A DNA stretch of 64,000 bases from Acidobacteriota bacterium (GTDB lineage Bacteria > Acidobacteriota > Vicinamibacteria > Vicinamibacterales > SCN-69-37). Positions 46,113 to 55,715 of the stretch are shown one piece after another (the stretch's first letter is position 1; each line of letters opens with the position of its first letter). The notes below the pieces were generated by a model, which was not told where the DNA came from, searched no databases, and saw only the letters and a program-made list of their open reading frames with translations. A program made the translations under genes and the position numbers. The DNA lies in the NCBI GenBank assembly GCA_009694745.1, contig SHUF01000001.1, positions 80,397 to 144,396 on the forward strand. The letters run 5' to 3'.

Positions 46113-47999
46113 ATGCTGCGAGCCACAACCGTCGCTGCCCTCGTCGTCATCGGCGCGCTGGGCGCTGCCGAGCGAGAGCTCGGCGCCCAGACGAGCGCCG
46201 ACATCCGGGCGGCGTACGTCAAGTCCGAGCATCTCGTCCCCATGCGTGACGGCGTGAAGCTGTTCACGATCGTTTACACACCGAAGGACTCGTCAGCGCC
46301 GTATCCGTTCATGCTGCACCGGACGCCGTATGGGTCGCCGCCGTACGGCGCCGACGCGTACCGGACCACTCTCGGGCCGTCGGCGGACTTCGTCACCGAG
46401 AGGTTCATCTTTGTGTATCAAGACGTTCGCGGAAAGTTCCGATCTGAAGGTGACTTTGTGGTGATGCGGCCGCTTGTGCCGGCGCCGAAGGGACCGCGCG
46501 CCACCGACGAAAGCACGGATACGCACGACACGATCGACTGGCTGGTGAAGAACGTGCCGAACAACAACGGCCGCGTGGGCCAGTGGGGCATCTCGTATCC
46601 CGGCTCACAGACGGTGTGGGGCATGATCGACGCCCATCCCGCCCTCAAGGCGTCGTCTCCACAGGCGCCGGCCATCGACATGTTCCTCGGCGATGACTTC
46701 CATCACAACGGCGCGTTCCGCTTGATGTACACGTTCAGTTGGCTGGCGGGCAACGCGCGCCCTCGCGCCGGGGCCACCGAAACACGCGTGGGCGGCTTTG
46801 ACTACGGCACACCCGACGGCTATCGCTTCTTCCTGGACGCGGGGCCGGTGGCCAACATCAACGAAAAGTACTTCAACTACAGCGTGCCGACGTGGAACGA
46901 GTACATGGACCATCCGAACTACGACGCGTACTGGGAGCGGCAGAATCCGCTCAAGTACGCAACCAACGTCACACACGCCGTGCTCAACGTTGCCGGATGG
47001 TTCGACGCGGAGGATTTCTACGGCCCGCTCGAAACCTACCGCCAGGTAGAGCGTGCGACACCTACCAACAAAAACCGCATTGTGATCGGACCGTGGCTGC
47101 ACGGCGGATGGGCATCGATGCCGGGTGACGCGTTGGGCGATATCCGGTTTGGCTCGCAGACCGGCGACTACTATCGCCGCGAGGTCGAATTGCCGTTTTT
47201 CACGCATCACCTGAAAGACAAGGGCGCGGCGCCAACCGCGGAAGCGACCGTGTTCGAAACTGGCGGCAACACCTGGCGCACGTTTGACTCGTGGCCACCC
47301 ACCACGACCGAGTCGCGCACGCTGTATTTCCAGGCCGATGGCGGGCTTTCCTTTTCGCCGCCGACTGCCGCGTCGGCCGCCACCGGCGGAGAATTCGACG
47401 AATACGTCTCCGATCCGTCGAAGCCCGTGCCGTGGAGCACGGAGGCGCGCACGACACAGGGTCACTTGTGGATGGTGGAAGACCAACGCTTCGCGGCCGC
47501 ACGGCCAGACGTGCTGGTCTATCGCACCGAACCGCTCACTGAGGACGTCGTGATCGCCGGACCGATCATGGCCTCAATCATCGCCTCCACCACGGGCGCG
47601 GACGCCGACTGGGTAATCAAACTCATCGACGTCTATCCGGGCACCGCGCCCGACAACACGCCGAACCCGCGTGGCATCCGGATGGGCGACTTCCAGATGC
47701 TGCTGGCCGGCGAAGTGTTCCGCGGCCGCTTCAGGAATTCATTCTCCACTCCCGAGGCGCTGGTGCCCAACCAACCCGTGAAGTACGAATTCGACTTGCG
47801 CGACCGTTTCCACCGGTTCCTCAAAGGCCACCGCATCATGGTGCAGGTGCAGAGCACCTGGTTTCCGGTCATCGATCGGAATCCGCAAACGTTCGTCGAT
47901 ATCTATAAAGCAAAGCCCACCGACTTCCAGAAAGCCACCCACCGCGTTTACCGGACCGCGGCACAGGCTTCTGGGGTGCGGGTGGGGGTGCTGAAATAG
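46113..47999 (+). CDS. CocE/NonD-family (S15 X-Pro dipeptidyl-peptidase-like) hydrolase, secreted
   Basis: GGGAGA precedes the ATG and a signal peptide is present. Motifs: PMRDGVKLFTIVYTP, HRTPYG and the nucleophile GISYPGS. A C-terminal beta-sandwich domain is present. Confidence 0.8.
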   Translation: MLRATTVAALVVIGALGAAERELGAQTSADIRAAYVKSEHLVPMRDGVKLFTIVYTPKDSSAPYPFMLHRTPYGSPPYGADAYRTTLGPSADFVTERFIFVYQDVRGKFRSEGDFVVMRPLVPAPKGPRATDESTDTHDTIDWLVKNVPNNNGRVGQWGISYPGSQTVWGMIDAHPALKASSPQAPAIDMFLGDDFHHNGAFRLMYTFSWLAGNARPRAGATETRVGGFDYGTPDGYRFFLDAGPVANINEKYFNYSVPTWNEYMDHPNYDAYWERQNPLKYATNVTHAVLNVAGWFDAEDFYGPLETYRQVERATPTNKNRIVIGPWLHGGWASMPGDALGDIRFGSQTGDYYRREVELPFFTHHLKDKGAAPTAEATVFETGGNTWRTFDSWPPTTTESRTLYFQADGGLSFSPPTAASAATGGEFDEYVSDPSKPVPWSTEARTTQGHLWMVEDQRFAAARPDVLVYRTEPLTEDVVIAGPIMASIIASTTGADADWVIKLIDVYPGTAPDNTPNPRGIRMGDFQMLLAGEVFRGRFRNSFSTPEALVPNQPVKYEFDLRDRFHRFLKGHRIMVQVQSTWFPVIDRNPQTFVDIYKAKPTDFQKATHRVYRTAAQASGVRVGVLK

Positions 48000-48112
48000 T
48001 CCAGGGTCCAGAGTCCAGGGTTCTCGGTGGCGCTGCGCGCTTCCTGATTCCTAACGAAGCCCCTGCGCCGAACGGCGCAGGCACAACGAACTCTGGACCC
48101 TGGACTCAGGAC
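47999..48112. repeat. composite palindromic element: heptamer arrays (family B) flanking a GC hairpin
   Basis: The left array GTCCAGGGTCCAGAGTCCAGGGTTC (47999-48023) overlaps stop 47997-47999. The hairpin CCTGCGCC-GAAC-GGCGCAGG lies at 48062-48081. The right array at 48088-48112 is inverted (minus strand GTCCTGAGTCCAGGGTCCAGAGTTC), and its outer end reaches the first base of the amidase stop (48112-48114). Confidence 0.85.
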
Positions 48113-49935
48113 TATCCCAACTTCGTCGGCTTCTGCTTGTAGAATCCGCTCGCCCCCTGGTAGGCAGCCGCCAGAGCGAGTAGTGGCTCTTCACCGAACG
48201 GCCGCGCGAAGAACGTCACGTTTGTCGGCTGGCCATTCTCGGCAAACCCATTGGGGATATTGATCGCCGGGTAACACGCGAGATTCGCCATGGTGGAGTG
48301 ACGGCCTGCGGGATTCTGCGGGCCTGCCGCACCGCCGCCACCACCTGCCCCGCGACCGCCGCCGGCTCGTCCGGCACCAGCCGCTGCGGCTGCGGGATCC
48401 GCCGGGTCTCCGGCGCCACGACCGCGTCCCGCCGGTGTGGGTGTGCCACCGGTGTTGTTGGACGCCACCACATACACATCGAGCCCGCGTGTGGCCTGTT
48501 CCAGTTCCATCATCATCATCATGCGGATGCGCTGCTGCTGAAGGAACTCCACGGCCGGTGTCAGCCACGCGTTGGAACGGCCCCCGCCGCGCGCGCCGGT
48601 CATCTTGCCCGCGCGGGTCATGTGATCGAAGTACGCGGCTGATTCCACGCCGATCGTCGACCCTTGCGTGTTGGCCGTGGGAATGGTCATTAATACAAAC
48701 GTCGCGACGCCGAGTGTACGCAGCGTGTCGAGCACCTTTTCGGCGTTCTGCTTCGCCGCGACGTTGGTGAGCGTCTCGAACGACTCCTTGATGTAGCCCA
48801 CACGCAACTTCTTGATATCGAGCCGCGCATCCCAGTTGAACGGCGCATCCGACACACTCATGTCGCGTCCGTCCGGTTTTGCGATCGCCTGCATGACAAT
48901 GGCGCAATCTTCGGCGTGGCGACAGATCGGCCCCAATCGATCCATCGTCCACGACAGCGCCATGACACCATGCCGACTGATGCGGCCAAACGTCGGCCGC
49001 AATCCCGCAAGTCCGCACCGCGCCGCGGGACTGAGGATAGAACCGCTGGTCTCGGAGCCAATCGCAAACGCGACACACCCGGCCGCGGTGGCCGACGATG
49101 GCCCGGCTGATGAACCGCTTGAGCCAACCGCCGGATCCCATGGACTTTTTGTCTGTCCACCGAACCAGTTGTCGCCAGACGCCAGCTCGCCGGTCGTCAG
49201 TTTCGCCAGCAGCACAGCGCCCGCATCGCGCAGCATCTCCACCACGCTCGCGTCGTAGTCCAGCACCTGGTCTTTGAGCGGCGCGGTGCCCCACGTGGTC
49301 TTGTAACCCTTGACCGAGATGATGTCTTTGGCGCCCCAGGGAATGCCGTGAAGCGGTCCCTTGTACTTGCCGGCGGCGATTTCGCTGTCGGCTTGCTTCG
49401 CCTGCGCCCGCGCCAAGTCGTCGAGGAACGTCACGACGTTGTTGAGCGTGCCGTTGTAACGGTGCAAACGACCGAGATACATCTCGGTCAGTTCAAGCGA
49501 TGTGACCTTCTTCGTGCGGATGAGTTCGGCGAGATGGCGGAGCGGCCAGAAGGCCACGTCCTCAAGGTTTGCCGGCCGCCGCAGCGCCGGTGGCGCACTG
49601 AGGCGGAAGGGCCGAGCCACCTTGTCGACCTCGATGCCGGGCACAAGGGCGCTGAAGTGATACGGCGGCGAGACGTCGTTGGGAATCTCGATCTGACGAT
49701 TGGCCTCGTATCGCGTCAGGCTCGTGTTCGCACCGTTGACCATAGCCTGGCGTTCGGTCTCGGTGCTCTCGATGCCGGCCAGCTTCAGCGCCCCGGCCAC
49801 CATCTCAAGCGTGATGCGGGAAGCGCCCTGCTCCTGCATCTTCGCCCAGATGATGCCTGGGGCCAAGGTGGCGCCCAGTCCGGCGCCGGCAAAGTGCGTG
49901 ATGAAACGACGACGGGTTTCGGACGTGGCGGACAT
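48112..49935 (-). CDS. Tat-exported amidase-signature (AS) family amidase
   Basis: Leader TRRRFITHFAGAGLGA. AS motif GSSGSSAGPSSATAAGCVAFAIGSETSGSI. AGGAG precedes the ATG and TACAAT lies at 49958-49963. Confidence 0.8.
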   Translation of the reverse strand: MSATSETRRRFITHFAGAGLGATLAPGIIWAKMQEQGASRITLEMVAGALKLAGIESTETERQAMVNGANTSLTRYEANRQIEIPNDVSPPYHFSALVPGIEVDKVARPFRLSAPPALRRPANLEDVAFWPLRHLAELIRTKKVTSLELTEMYLGRLHRYNGTLNNVVTFLDDLARAQAKQADSEIAAGKYKGPLHGIPWGAKDIISVKGYKTTWGTAPLKDQVLDYDASVVEMLRDAGAVLLAKLTTGELASGDNWFGGQTKSPWDPAVGSSGSSAGPSSATAAGCVAFAIGSETSGSILSPAARCGLAGLRPTFGRISRHGVMALSWTMDRLGPICRHAEDCAIVMQAIAKPDGRDMSVSDAPFNWDARLDIKKLRVGYIKESFETLTNVAAKQNAEKVLDTLRTLGVATFVLMTIPTANTQGSTIGVESAAYFDHMTRAGKMTGARGGGRSNAWLTPAVEFLQQQRIRMMMMMELEQATRGLDVYVVASNNTGGTPTPAGRGRGAGDPADPAAAAAGAGRAGGGRGAGGGGGAAGPQNPAGRHSTMANLACYPAINIPNGFAENGQPTNVTFFARPFGEEPLLALAAAYQGASGFYKQKPTKLG

Positions 49936-49981
49936 GGGGACTCCTGAGGTGGGCGCTATTGTAGCGCTACGCGCCCCAGCG

Positions 49982-50012
49982 CCTCGGCCTTGAGAACCAG
50001 GCCGAGCTACGG
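49982..50012. repeat. single-arm copy of REP-like family A
   Basis: CTCGGCCTTGAGAACCAGGCCGAGCTAC is 26/28 identical to 42610-42637 and can form the CTCGGCC-N10-GGCCGAG hairpin. Confidence 0.75.
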
Positions 50013-50028
50013 ACGGAGATCCCTAATC

Positions 50029-50433
50029 TTAGTGCCGGCCGAGGACGCGGACGGTCGCCCGCTGGCCGCGGCCGATCGACGCCGTGTCGTACCAGAAGTC
50101 GATCGACCGGATCACCCGATCGGCGCCGTCAATGTCGATCACGCGAGATTCGCCGCCGGCGCGTATCGTGTTGCGCAATTCGACGTTCTGGTCACCGCCG
50201 TTGGCAAAGTGAATCACCACGCGATGAAAGTCCACGGCGCGGCGCTGAACCGTGAACTTGACCGCCGTGAACGTGCCTCGCGACCCGGTCACCATCACCG
50301 TGTCGTGGTCCACGCGGTCGGTCACGTTTCGCTGGCCCAGCGACACCCAGTTGCCCCGACCCGGCTGGGCCGCCACTGCGCAAGCCGAACTGGCCATCAC
50401 CACCATCACCGCAAGAATCAGTCCTCGTCGCAC
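50029..50433 (-). CDS. hypothetical secreted protein
   Basis: 134 aa with signal peptide MRRGLILAVMVVMASSACAVA and a beta-rich composition. No motif recognised. Confidence 0.5.
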   Translation of the reverse strand: MRRGLILAVMVVMASSACAVAAQPGRGNWVSLGQRNVTDRVDHDTVMVTGSRGTFTAVKFTVQRRAVDFHRVVIHFANGGDQNVELRNTIRAGGESRVIDIDGADRVIRSIDFWYDTASIGRGQRATVRVLGRH

Positions 50434-50493
50434 CGTAAGTAAGTCTCCCTGCTGGCTTCGACCGGCCCAGAGCCGGTCCGGTTAAAAACAGCC

Positions 50494-52773
50494 TCAACGC
50501 GACAGCCAATACGTGGCTTTGATCGCAAGCGACCGTCCGCGCGTGCGCAGGTCCCTGGGCCCCGGCACCGCAGTCTCAAAACCCTGGTTATAGACGATGT
50601 AGAAGTCACTACCGGGGCGGTAGATGTACCAGAACAGCACGTTCAGGCTGGCGGTGCGCGTGGCATCGTTGACCTGAACGAACGTCTTCACGAACAGGTC
50701 GGGCGAGAACGAATAACTGACACGCGTGCTGAGCACATTCGTGACAAACGGGCCCGTCTCGGGCAACACGATCCGGTTGCGTGTGTAGACGTTTTCCAGC
50801 AACAGCGTGTCCCTGGGCACCATGCTCAGTTCGGCGCGCACGGTCTGTTTGTCGCCGACATAGTACCCGCCCACGTCGGCGCTGACGGACCCGTACACTC
50901 TCCGGGCCTGGTTGGAGACGTAAGAGGCCTTCCAGGCCCGCCAGGAATATCCCGCGCTCGGAATCAGTCCCCCGGCGGTGGACCAGTCAAACGGCAGGAA
51001 ATCGTATTGCGTGTCAACGCCCACACGCACAGTGCTGCTGTCCTGGGCCGTCAGGATGGCGTCGTATCCGATCGACTGCGATTCCCGGCGCCCCGCATGA
51101 TTCTCCACATACGACCCGTTCGCGTTGAAGCGCAGCTGGCGCACGCCGGGCCAATCCGGGCGCGGCGTCCACGCCGCCTGCGCACCGATCGTGCGAATGT
51201 CGGTGCGCGGGATGAACCCCATCTCAGCATTAAAGCGTTCGCCGACATCGAGGTACGTCAGCCCGGCATCAAACACGGCGTGCGTCCAGCGGACGCGCGC
51301 GGCGCCGGCCCAGTCATTGCCTCGAAGACCGGGTGTGAATGTCTTCGCCCCGGCCATGATCACATCGAGCCTGGCGCCGATGGTAAACACGCCATCGAGC
51401 CCCACGGCCTGGTTGCCTGGGCGCCCGCCTCCCGAACGATTCAACACGATGCCGCCAATCGACGACTTGGCGAACACGTCGCGTTTGACGCGCAGCACCG
51501 AGTAGTTCGCGCGGGGCAGACTCGGAGTGGCATCCGTCTCGACGTTCATCGCCCCGATTGTGGTGTGCCCCGCCCGGCCGGTAATGCGACCTCCGGCAAG
51601 GACCGGCACTTCTCGCCCGTCCTGCAATCCAATGCGGCGGCTGTAGAACAGCGTCAGCAAACCGGGACCCGCAGTGGCGCCTGCGTTCTGGCTGTAATCG
51701 AAAGTCCCCGCGCCCTCGGTGAAGAACTGGCGCTTCTCGGGAAAATAGAGGCTGAACCTGGACAGGTTAACCACTTCCTGATCGGCCTCCACCTGCGCAA
51801 AATCCGTCTTGTAGGTCAGGTCGGCGTTGAAGCTCTGTGACAAGCCGACCTTGAAATCGAAACCCACATCGGCGGTCGTTCGCGTGGGCGTCCCCGCGTC
51901 GTAGTCCCGCACCATCTGTGGCGAGACAAACGGCACAAACTCGAGCCGACGCCTGGGCATCACGTCACGCAGCCCCTTCAGGACGCCGGCGCCGGACACG
52001 CGGGCAAACCCCATGGCCTGCCATTCGCGCGGAAACGGCACCCAGTACGTCTCTTCGTTCTTCCGCATGATGATGCGGCAAATATTCAGGCCCCACACGG
52101 TGTCACCAGGACCGCCGTTAAACCGCAACTGGCTGAGCGGAATCGCGATCTCGACATACCAGCCGCGGTCGTCGATGGTGGTCCTGTTCTCCCATACCGC
52201 GTTCCAGTCGTAGTTGACCGTGCGGCCCTCCTCCACCGAGTGGGCATCCTTGAGCGCGCCCAGGGGATTGGTCGAGAAGTAAAACGCGTTGCGATGGTCG
52301 TGAAAGGTGTCGAGCGAGATCTTGATTTGATCACCCTTGCGCAGGCCGGCGTCCCGCTTCATTTCGCTGGCAATGATGCCTTTCGGATCGGAGTCAAACG
52401 CCCAGATGCCGAAGTACAGCGTCTTGTCGTCGTAGAGGACCCGGAACTCTGTTCGCTCGGTGGATTCGAACCCGAACGCCGGCTCGCGCTGGATGAACCG
52501 GCCCTGCACCGGCGCCAGTTGCCACTCCGCGTCGTCCAACCTCCCATCCACACGCGGCGCGCGGCCCGCGGGAAGCCTGGCGGCCATCGCCTCGAATACT
52601 TCGGGGTCGATCTTCGTGATGTCGGCGATGATCGGACGGGCCGGGGTCGCAGCGGGGGCCTGGGGGATGGGCACGGGCACCTGCGCGAGGGCACGCGGAG
52701 CAGAAACGAGGACGCCCACCAGGACAAACGACAAAGAAAGGACCAGAGGGGTCGAAAGATAACAACGAGTCAT
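50494..52773 (-). CDS. CBM9-like + DUF5916 outer-membrane-type protein
   Basis: The start was moved to MTRCYLSTPLVLSLSFVLVG. VDGRLDDAEWQLAP...FRVLYDDKTLYFGIWAFD is the CBM9/DOMON-like N-terminus. A long beta-strand-rich C-terminus ends in ...ATYWLSR. Confidence 0.65.
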   Translation of the reverse strand: MTRCYLSTPLVLSLSFVLVGVLVSAPRALAQVPVPIPQAPAATPARPIIADITKIDPEVFEAMAARLPAGRAPRVDGRLDDAEWQLAPVQGRFIQREPAFGFESTERTEFRVLYDDKTLYFGIWAFDSDPKGIIASEMKRDAGLRKGDQIKISLDTFHDHRNAFYFSTNPLGALKDAHSVEEGRTVNYDWNAVWENRTTIDDRGWYVEIAIPLSQLRFNGGPGDTVWGLNICRIIMRKNEETYWVPFPREWQAMGFARVSGAGVLKGLRDVMPRRRLEFVPFVSPQMVRDYDAGTPTRTTADVGFDFKVGLSQSFNADLTYKTDFAQVEADQEVVNLSRFSLYFPEKRQFFTEGAGTFDYSQNAGATAGPGLLTLFYSRRIGLQDGREVPVLAGGRITGRAGHTTIGAMNVETDATPSLPRANYSVLRVKRDVFAKSSIGGIVLNRSGGGRPGNQAVGLDGVFTIGARLDVIMAGAKTFTPGLRGNDWAGAARVRWTHAVFDAGLTYLDVGERFNAEMGFIPRTDIRTIGAQAAWTPRPDWPGVRQLRFNANGSYVENHAGRRESQSIGYDAILTAQDSSTVRVGVDTQYDFLPFDWSTAGGLIPSAGYSWRAWKASYVSNQARRVYGSVSADVGGYYVGDKQTVRAELSMVPRDTLLLENVYTRNRIVLPETGPFVTNVLSTRVSYSFSPDLFVKTFVQVNDATRTASLNVLFWYIYRPGSDFYIVYNQGFETAVPGPRDLRTRGRSLAIKATYWLSR

Positions 52774-52831
52774 GCGGGTTGCCGCGAATAGTATCAGGTT
52801 GGCGCACCCCAATTGAGGTACGCTGTCGCCC

Positions 52832-54286
52832 GTGCCTCAGCGTCCCGACCAGCCCCGCATCTGGAGCGTCATCGCGGCCTCGTCGGTCGGGACGATGATC
52901 GAGTGGTACGACTTCTATATCTTCGGCAGCCTCGCGGCCATCATCTCGCCGCTCTTTTACCCGCAAGGGAACGACACGTTTGCGTTGATCGCGTACCTCT
53001 CGACATTTGCCGTCGGCTTTGTGGTTCGCCCGTTCGGCGCACTCGTCTTCGGCCGCATCGGCGACCGTGTGGGCCGCAAGTATGCGTTCCTGGTCACGCT
53101 CATCATCATGGGCGGGGCGACGGCGGTGGTCGGCATCCTTCCCACATACGAAACCATCGGCATGGCGGCGCCCATCGCCCTTCTGGTGATTCGCATCCTG
53201 CAGGGTCTGGCGCTCGGCGGCGAATACGGCGGCGCTGCCGTTTATGTCGCCGAACACGTGCCCGACGGCAAACGCGGCTTCTACACGAGCTTCATCCAGA
53301 TCACGGCGACGCTCGGCTTGTTTCTCTCCCTGGTCGTCATCCTCGTCGTGCAGAACTGGCTGGGCCCCGAGGCCTTCCGCTCCTGGGGTTGGCGCATCCC
53401 GTTCCTGATTTCCATCTTCCTCGTCGGCATCTCGCTCTACATCCGCCTGCGCATGAAGGAGTCGCCGATCTTCGAACACATCAAGAGCACGGGCATGACA
53501 TCGGCGCAGCCGCTCAAAGAGGCCTTCACAGAGTGGGTGAATCTCAGACGTGTGTTGATCTCGCTCTTCGGCGCCACCGCCGGCCAGGGCGTGATTTGGT
53601 ACACGGGCCAGTTCTACGCCCTGTTCTACCTGCAGGCCATCCTGAAAGTGCATGCCACCTCGGCCAACTACATCGTGGCCGCCGCGCTGTTGCTGGGGAT
53701 GCCGCTGTTCATCGTCATGGGCAGCCTTTCAGATCGCTTCGGACGCAAGCGATTGATGATGGCCGGGTGCCTGCTCGCCGCCGTTTCGTACATCCCCATT
53801 TATCAGGCGATGCAGCAGGCGACCGGGTCCAACGTGGTCACGGTCATCTCGCAACGCAACGCCGTGACCGGCGCCGTCAGCCTGACGCCACAGTCGATGG
53901 TCAACGGCGCCCTGACGCCTGCGCCGGAGGTGTTGACATACCGCACCCTGGCTGAACTCGCCTCAACGCCGGCGACATGGAAACTCATCGGGCTGGTCTT
54001 CATTCAGCTCGTCCTCGTCACCATGGTCTATGGGCCGATCGCAGCGTACCTGGTGGAAGCCTTCCCCGCACGCATCCGCTACACCGCCCTCTCGCTGCCG
54101 TACCACATCGGCAATGGCGTCTTTGGCGGCCTGCTTCCACTGATCGGACTGTCAATCGTCGCGCGCACGGGCAACATCTACGCTGGGCTCTACTACCCCA
54201 TCGGCGTGGCGGCGATTACGTTTGTCGTTGGCTCACTGCTGTTGAAGGAAACCCACCAACACAAGATCTGGGACGAAGTGGATTAG
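52832..54286 (+). CDS. MFS transporter, metabolite:H+ symporter (MHS) family
   Basis: GTMIEWYDFYIFGSLAA, FGRIGDRVGRK and LQGLALGGEYGGAAVYVAEH. GTG start. Confidence 0.8.
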   Translation: MPQRPDQPRIWSVIAASSVGTMIEWYDFYIFGSLAAIISPLFYPQGNDTFALIAYLSTFAVGFVVRPFGALVFGRIGDRVGRKYAFLVTLIIMGGATAVVGILPTYETIGMAAPIALLVIRILQGLALGGEYGGAAVYVAEHVPDGKRGFYTSFIQITATLGLFLSLVVILVVQNWLGPEAFRSWGWRIPFLISIFLVGISLYIRLRMKESPIFEHIKSTGMTSAQPLKEAFTEWVNLRRVLISLFGATAGQGVIWYTGQFYALFYLQAILKVHATSANYIVAAALLLGMPLFIVMGSLSDRFGRKRLMMAGCLLAAVSYIPIYQAMQQATGSNVVTVISQRNAVTGAVSLTPQSMVNGALTPAPEVLTYRTLAELASTPATWKLIGLVFIQLVLVTMVYGPIAAYLVEAFPARIRYTALSLPYHIGNGVFGGLLPLIGLSIVARTGNIYAGLYYPIGVAAITFVVGSLLLKETHQHKIWDEVD

Positions 54287-55713
54287 GGCGTTTTGAGTGT
54301 GCGGCCGGTGAGTTCGGCAATCGTCACCACGCGGGTGCCGAGCAACAGCGCGGCGTACGCGCCCAGCGCGGCGATGAGCAGGGCGAGTTCAAGGGGCCAG
54401 GATCCAGAGAACCATGCGAGCGGCAGGACCGGCAGTCCCAGAAGCGCTGCGAACACTGCGGGCCTGTGAGAATACGGACGCTCACGCCGAAGGGCCCAGG
54501 CGAGGTACACCGCGTTCATCGTCGCGCCGGCCAACACGGCGAGGCACGCACCAACACTGCCGGCGCCAACGGCGAGCAGCGCTCCGGTCGTCCAGAACGG
54601 CGCCAGTTCGATACCGGCCGCGGTAGCCGACACACCGGGACGATCGGCGACCAGTGTCTGCAGCCGGCCGACGCTGCTCATCGCCACGGCAAGAAACGCG
54701 ATCGCCAGCGGCACGAAACTGCTCGCAGCCGGCAGGAATTCAGGACCCAGCAGCCAGGCCACGGCCACGTCGCCAATGAAGATGACCGCAATGACGCCGC
54801 TCATCGCGGCCACCGTCAACCACGCCAGGAGTCGTTCAGTCCACGCGGCTGATGTGGCGGTTTCGCCGCGTTCATTCCAGAAGATGAGGAGCGACTCAAA
54901 AGCGACCACCACATGCCACAACGCCTGTATGCCGGCGGCGAACATGCCATAGGCCACTCCGAAATAACCCACCTGTGTGAAGTCATGTGTGGCCAGATGC
55001 ACCAGCGACTCGCCGGTACGTTGTCAAATGGTCAGCAGGATGTTTCCCCCGGCGAAGTACACACCTGTTCGCAGGAAGGGCGCCATGAAGCGTCTGTCGG
55101 GCCACATCGCCGACCAGCGAATGTGATCGCGACCCATCCACATGCCAATGAACAGAACGCATGTGTTGGCGGCAAACCATCCCGCGCAGGCCCCTCGCAG
55201 GCCGGCGTAGCTGAACCCCAGCAGGACAAACACCAGCGTCAGCAATCGACGCAGTAACTCGCCCAGGCCCCATCGCCCGGCCTGGTTCAGCCCGAGGAAC
55301 AGCGCGAAGCACACATTGCTGGCCGTCCTGGTGAATACCGCGCCGGCGATGAAAGACAGTGAGACGACATCGATGCCTGGGAGCCATATCGTCGTCAGGA
55401 CCAGATAACACGCGCCGGCGACGAATCCCGTGGCGAAGCGCAGAGTGAGCAGCCCCGACACGAGCTTCTGCAGACCGGTGACGTCGCCTCGCACGACGAA
55501 GGCCGGCACCCATCGCGTCATCATCGAGACCGCGCCAAGGCCGCTGAGCAACGCGAACCAGAACGAGACCGACGTGAGAAGGGCGTACTGTCCGAAGATC
55601 TGCGGGCCCATCAGGCGGGGCACCAGCACGGCGAACATCGCCCCAAGGGCAATCTGGATTCCGCGTTGCGCGACGACCCAGCCGGCGTTGCGAAGCGCGG
55701 CGTCGGCTTCCAA
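54283..55713 (-). pseudogene. MOP/Wzx-type polysaccharide flippase interrupted by an in-frame TGA
   Basis: Track ORFs 55024..55713 and 54283..55002 share one frame. They are separated only by TGA 55024-55026 (...AGGNILLTI*QRTGESLVHLATHDFTQVGYFGVAYG...). The N-terminus VLVPRLMGPQIFGQYALL is Wzx-like. The combined length of 476 codons is normal for the family. Confidence 0.6.
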
Positions 55714-55715
55714 TG

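Noticed and set aside
55024-55026. In-frame TGA (and the TAGs at 32999 and 39970) as selenocysteine/pyrrolysine or reassigned codons.
   Set aside because: The same codons terminate many well-defined genes in the window. The contexts differ and the proteins (flippase, GGDEF, CotH) are not known seleno- or Pyl-proteins. No SECIS-like hairpin is evident after 55024.
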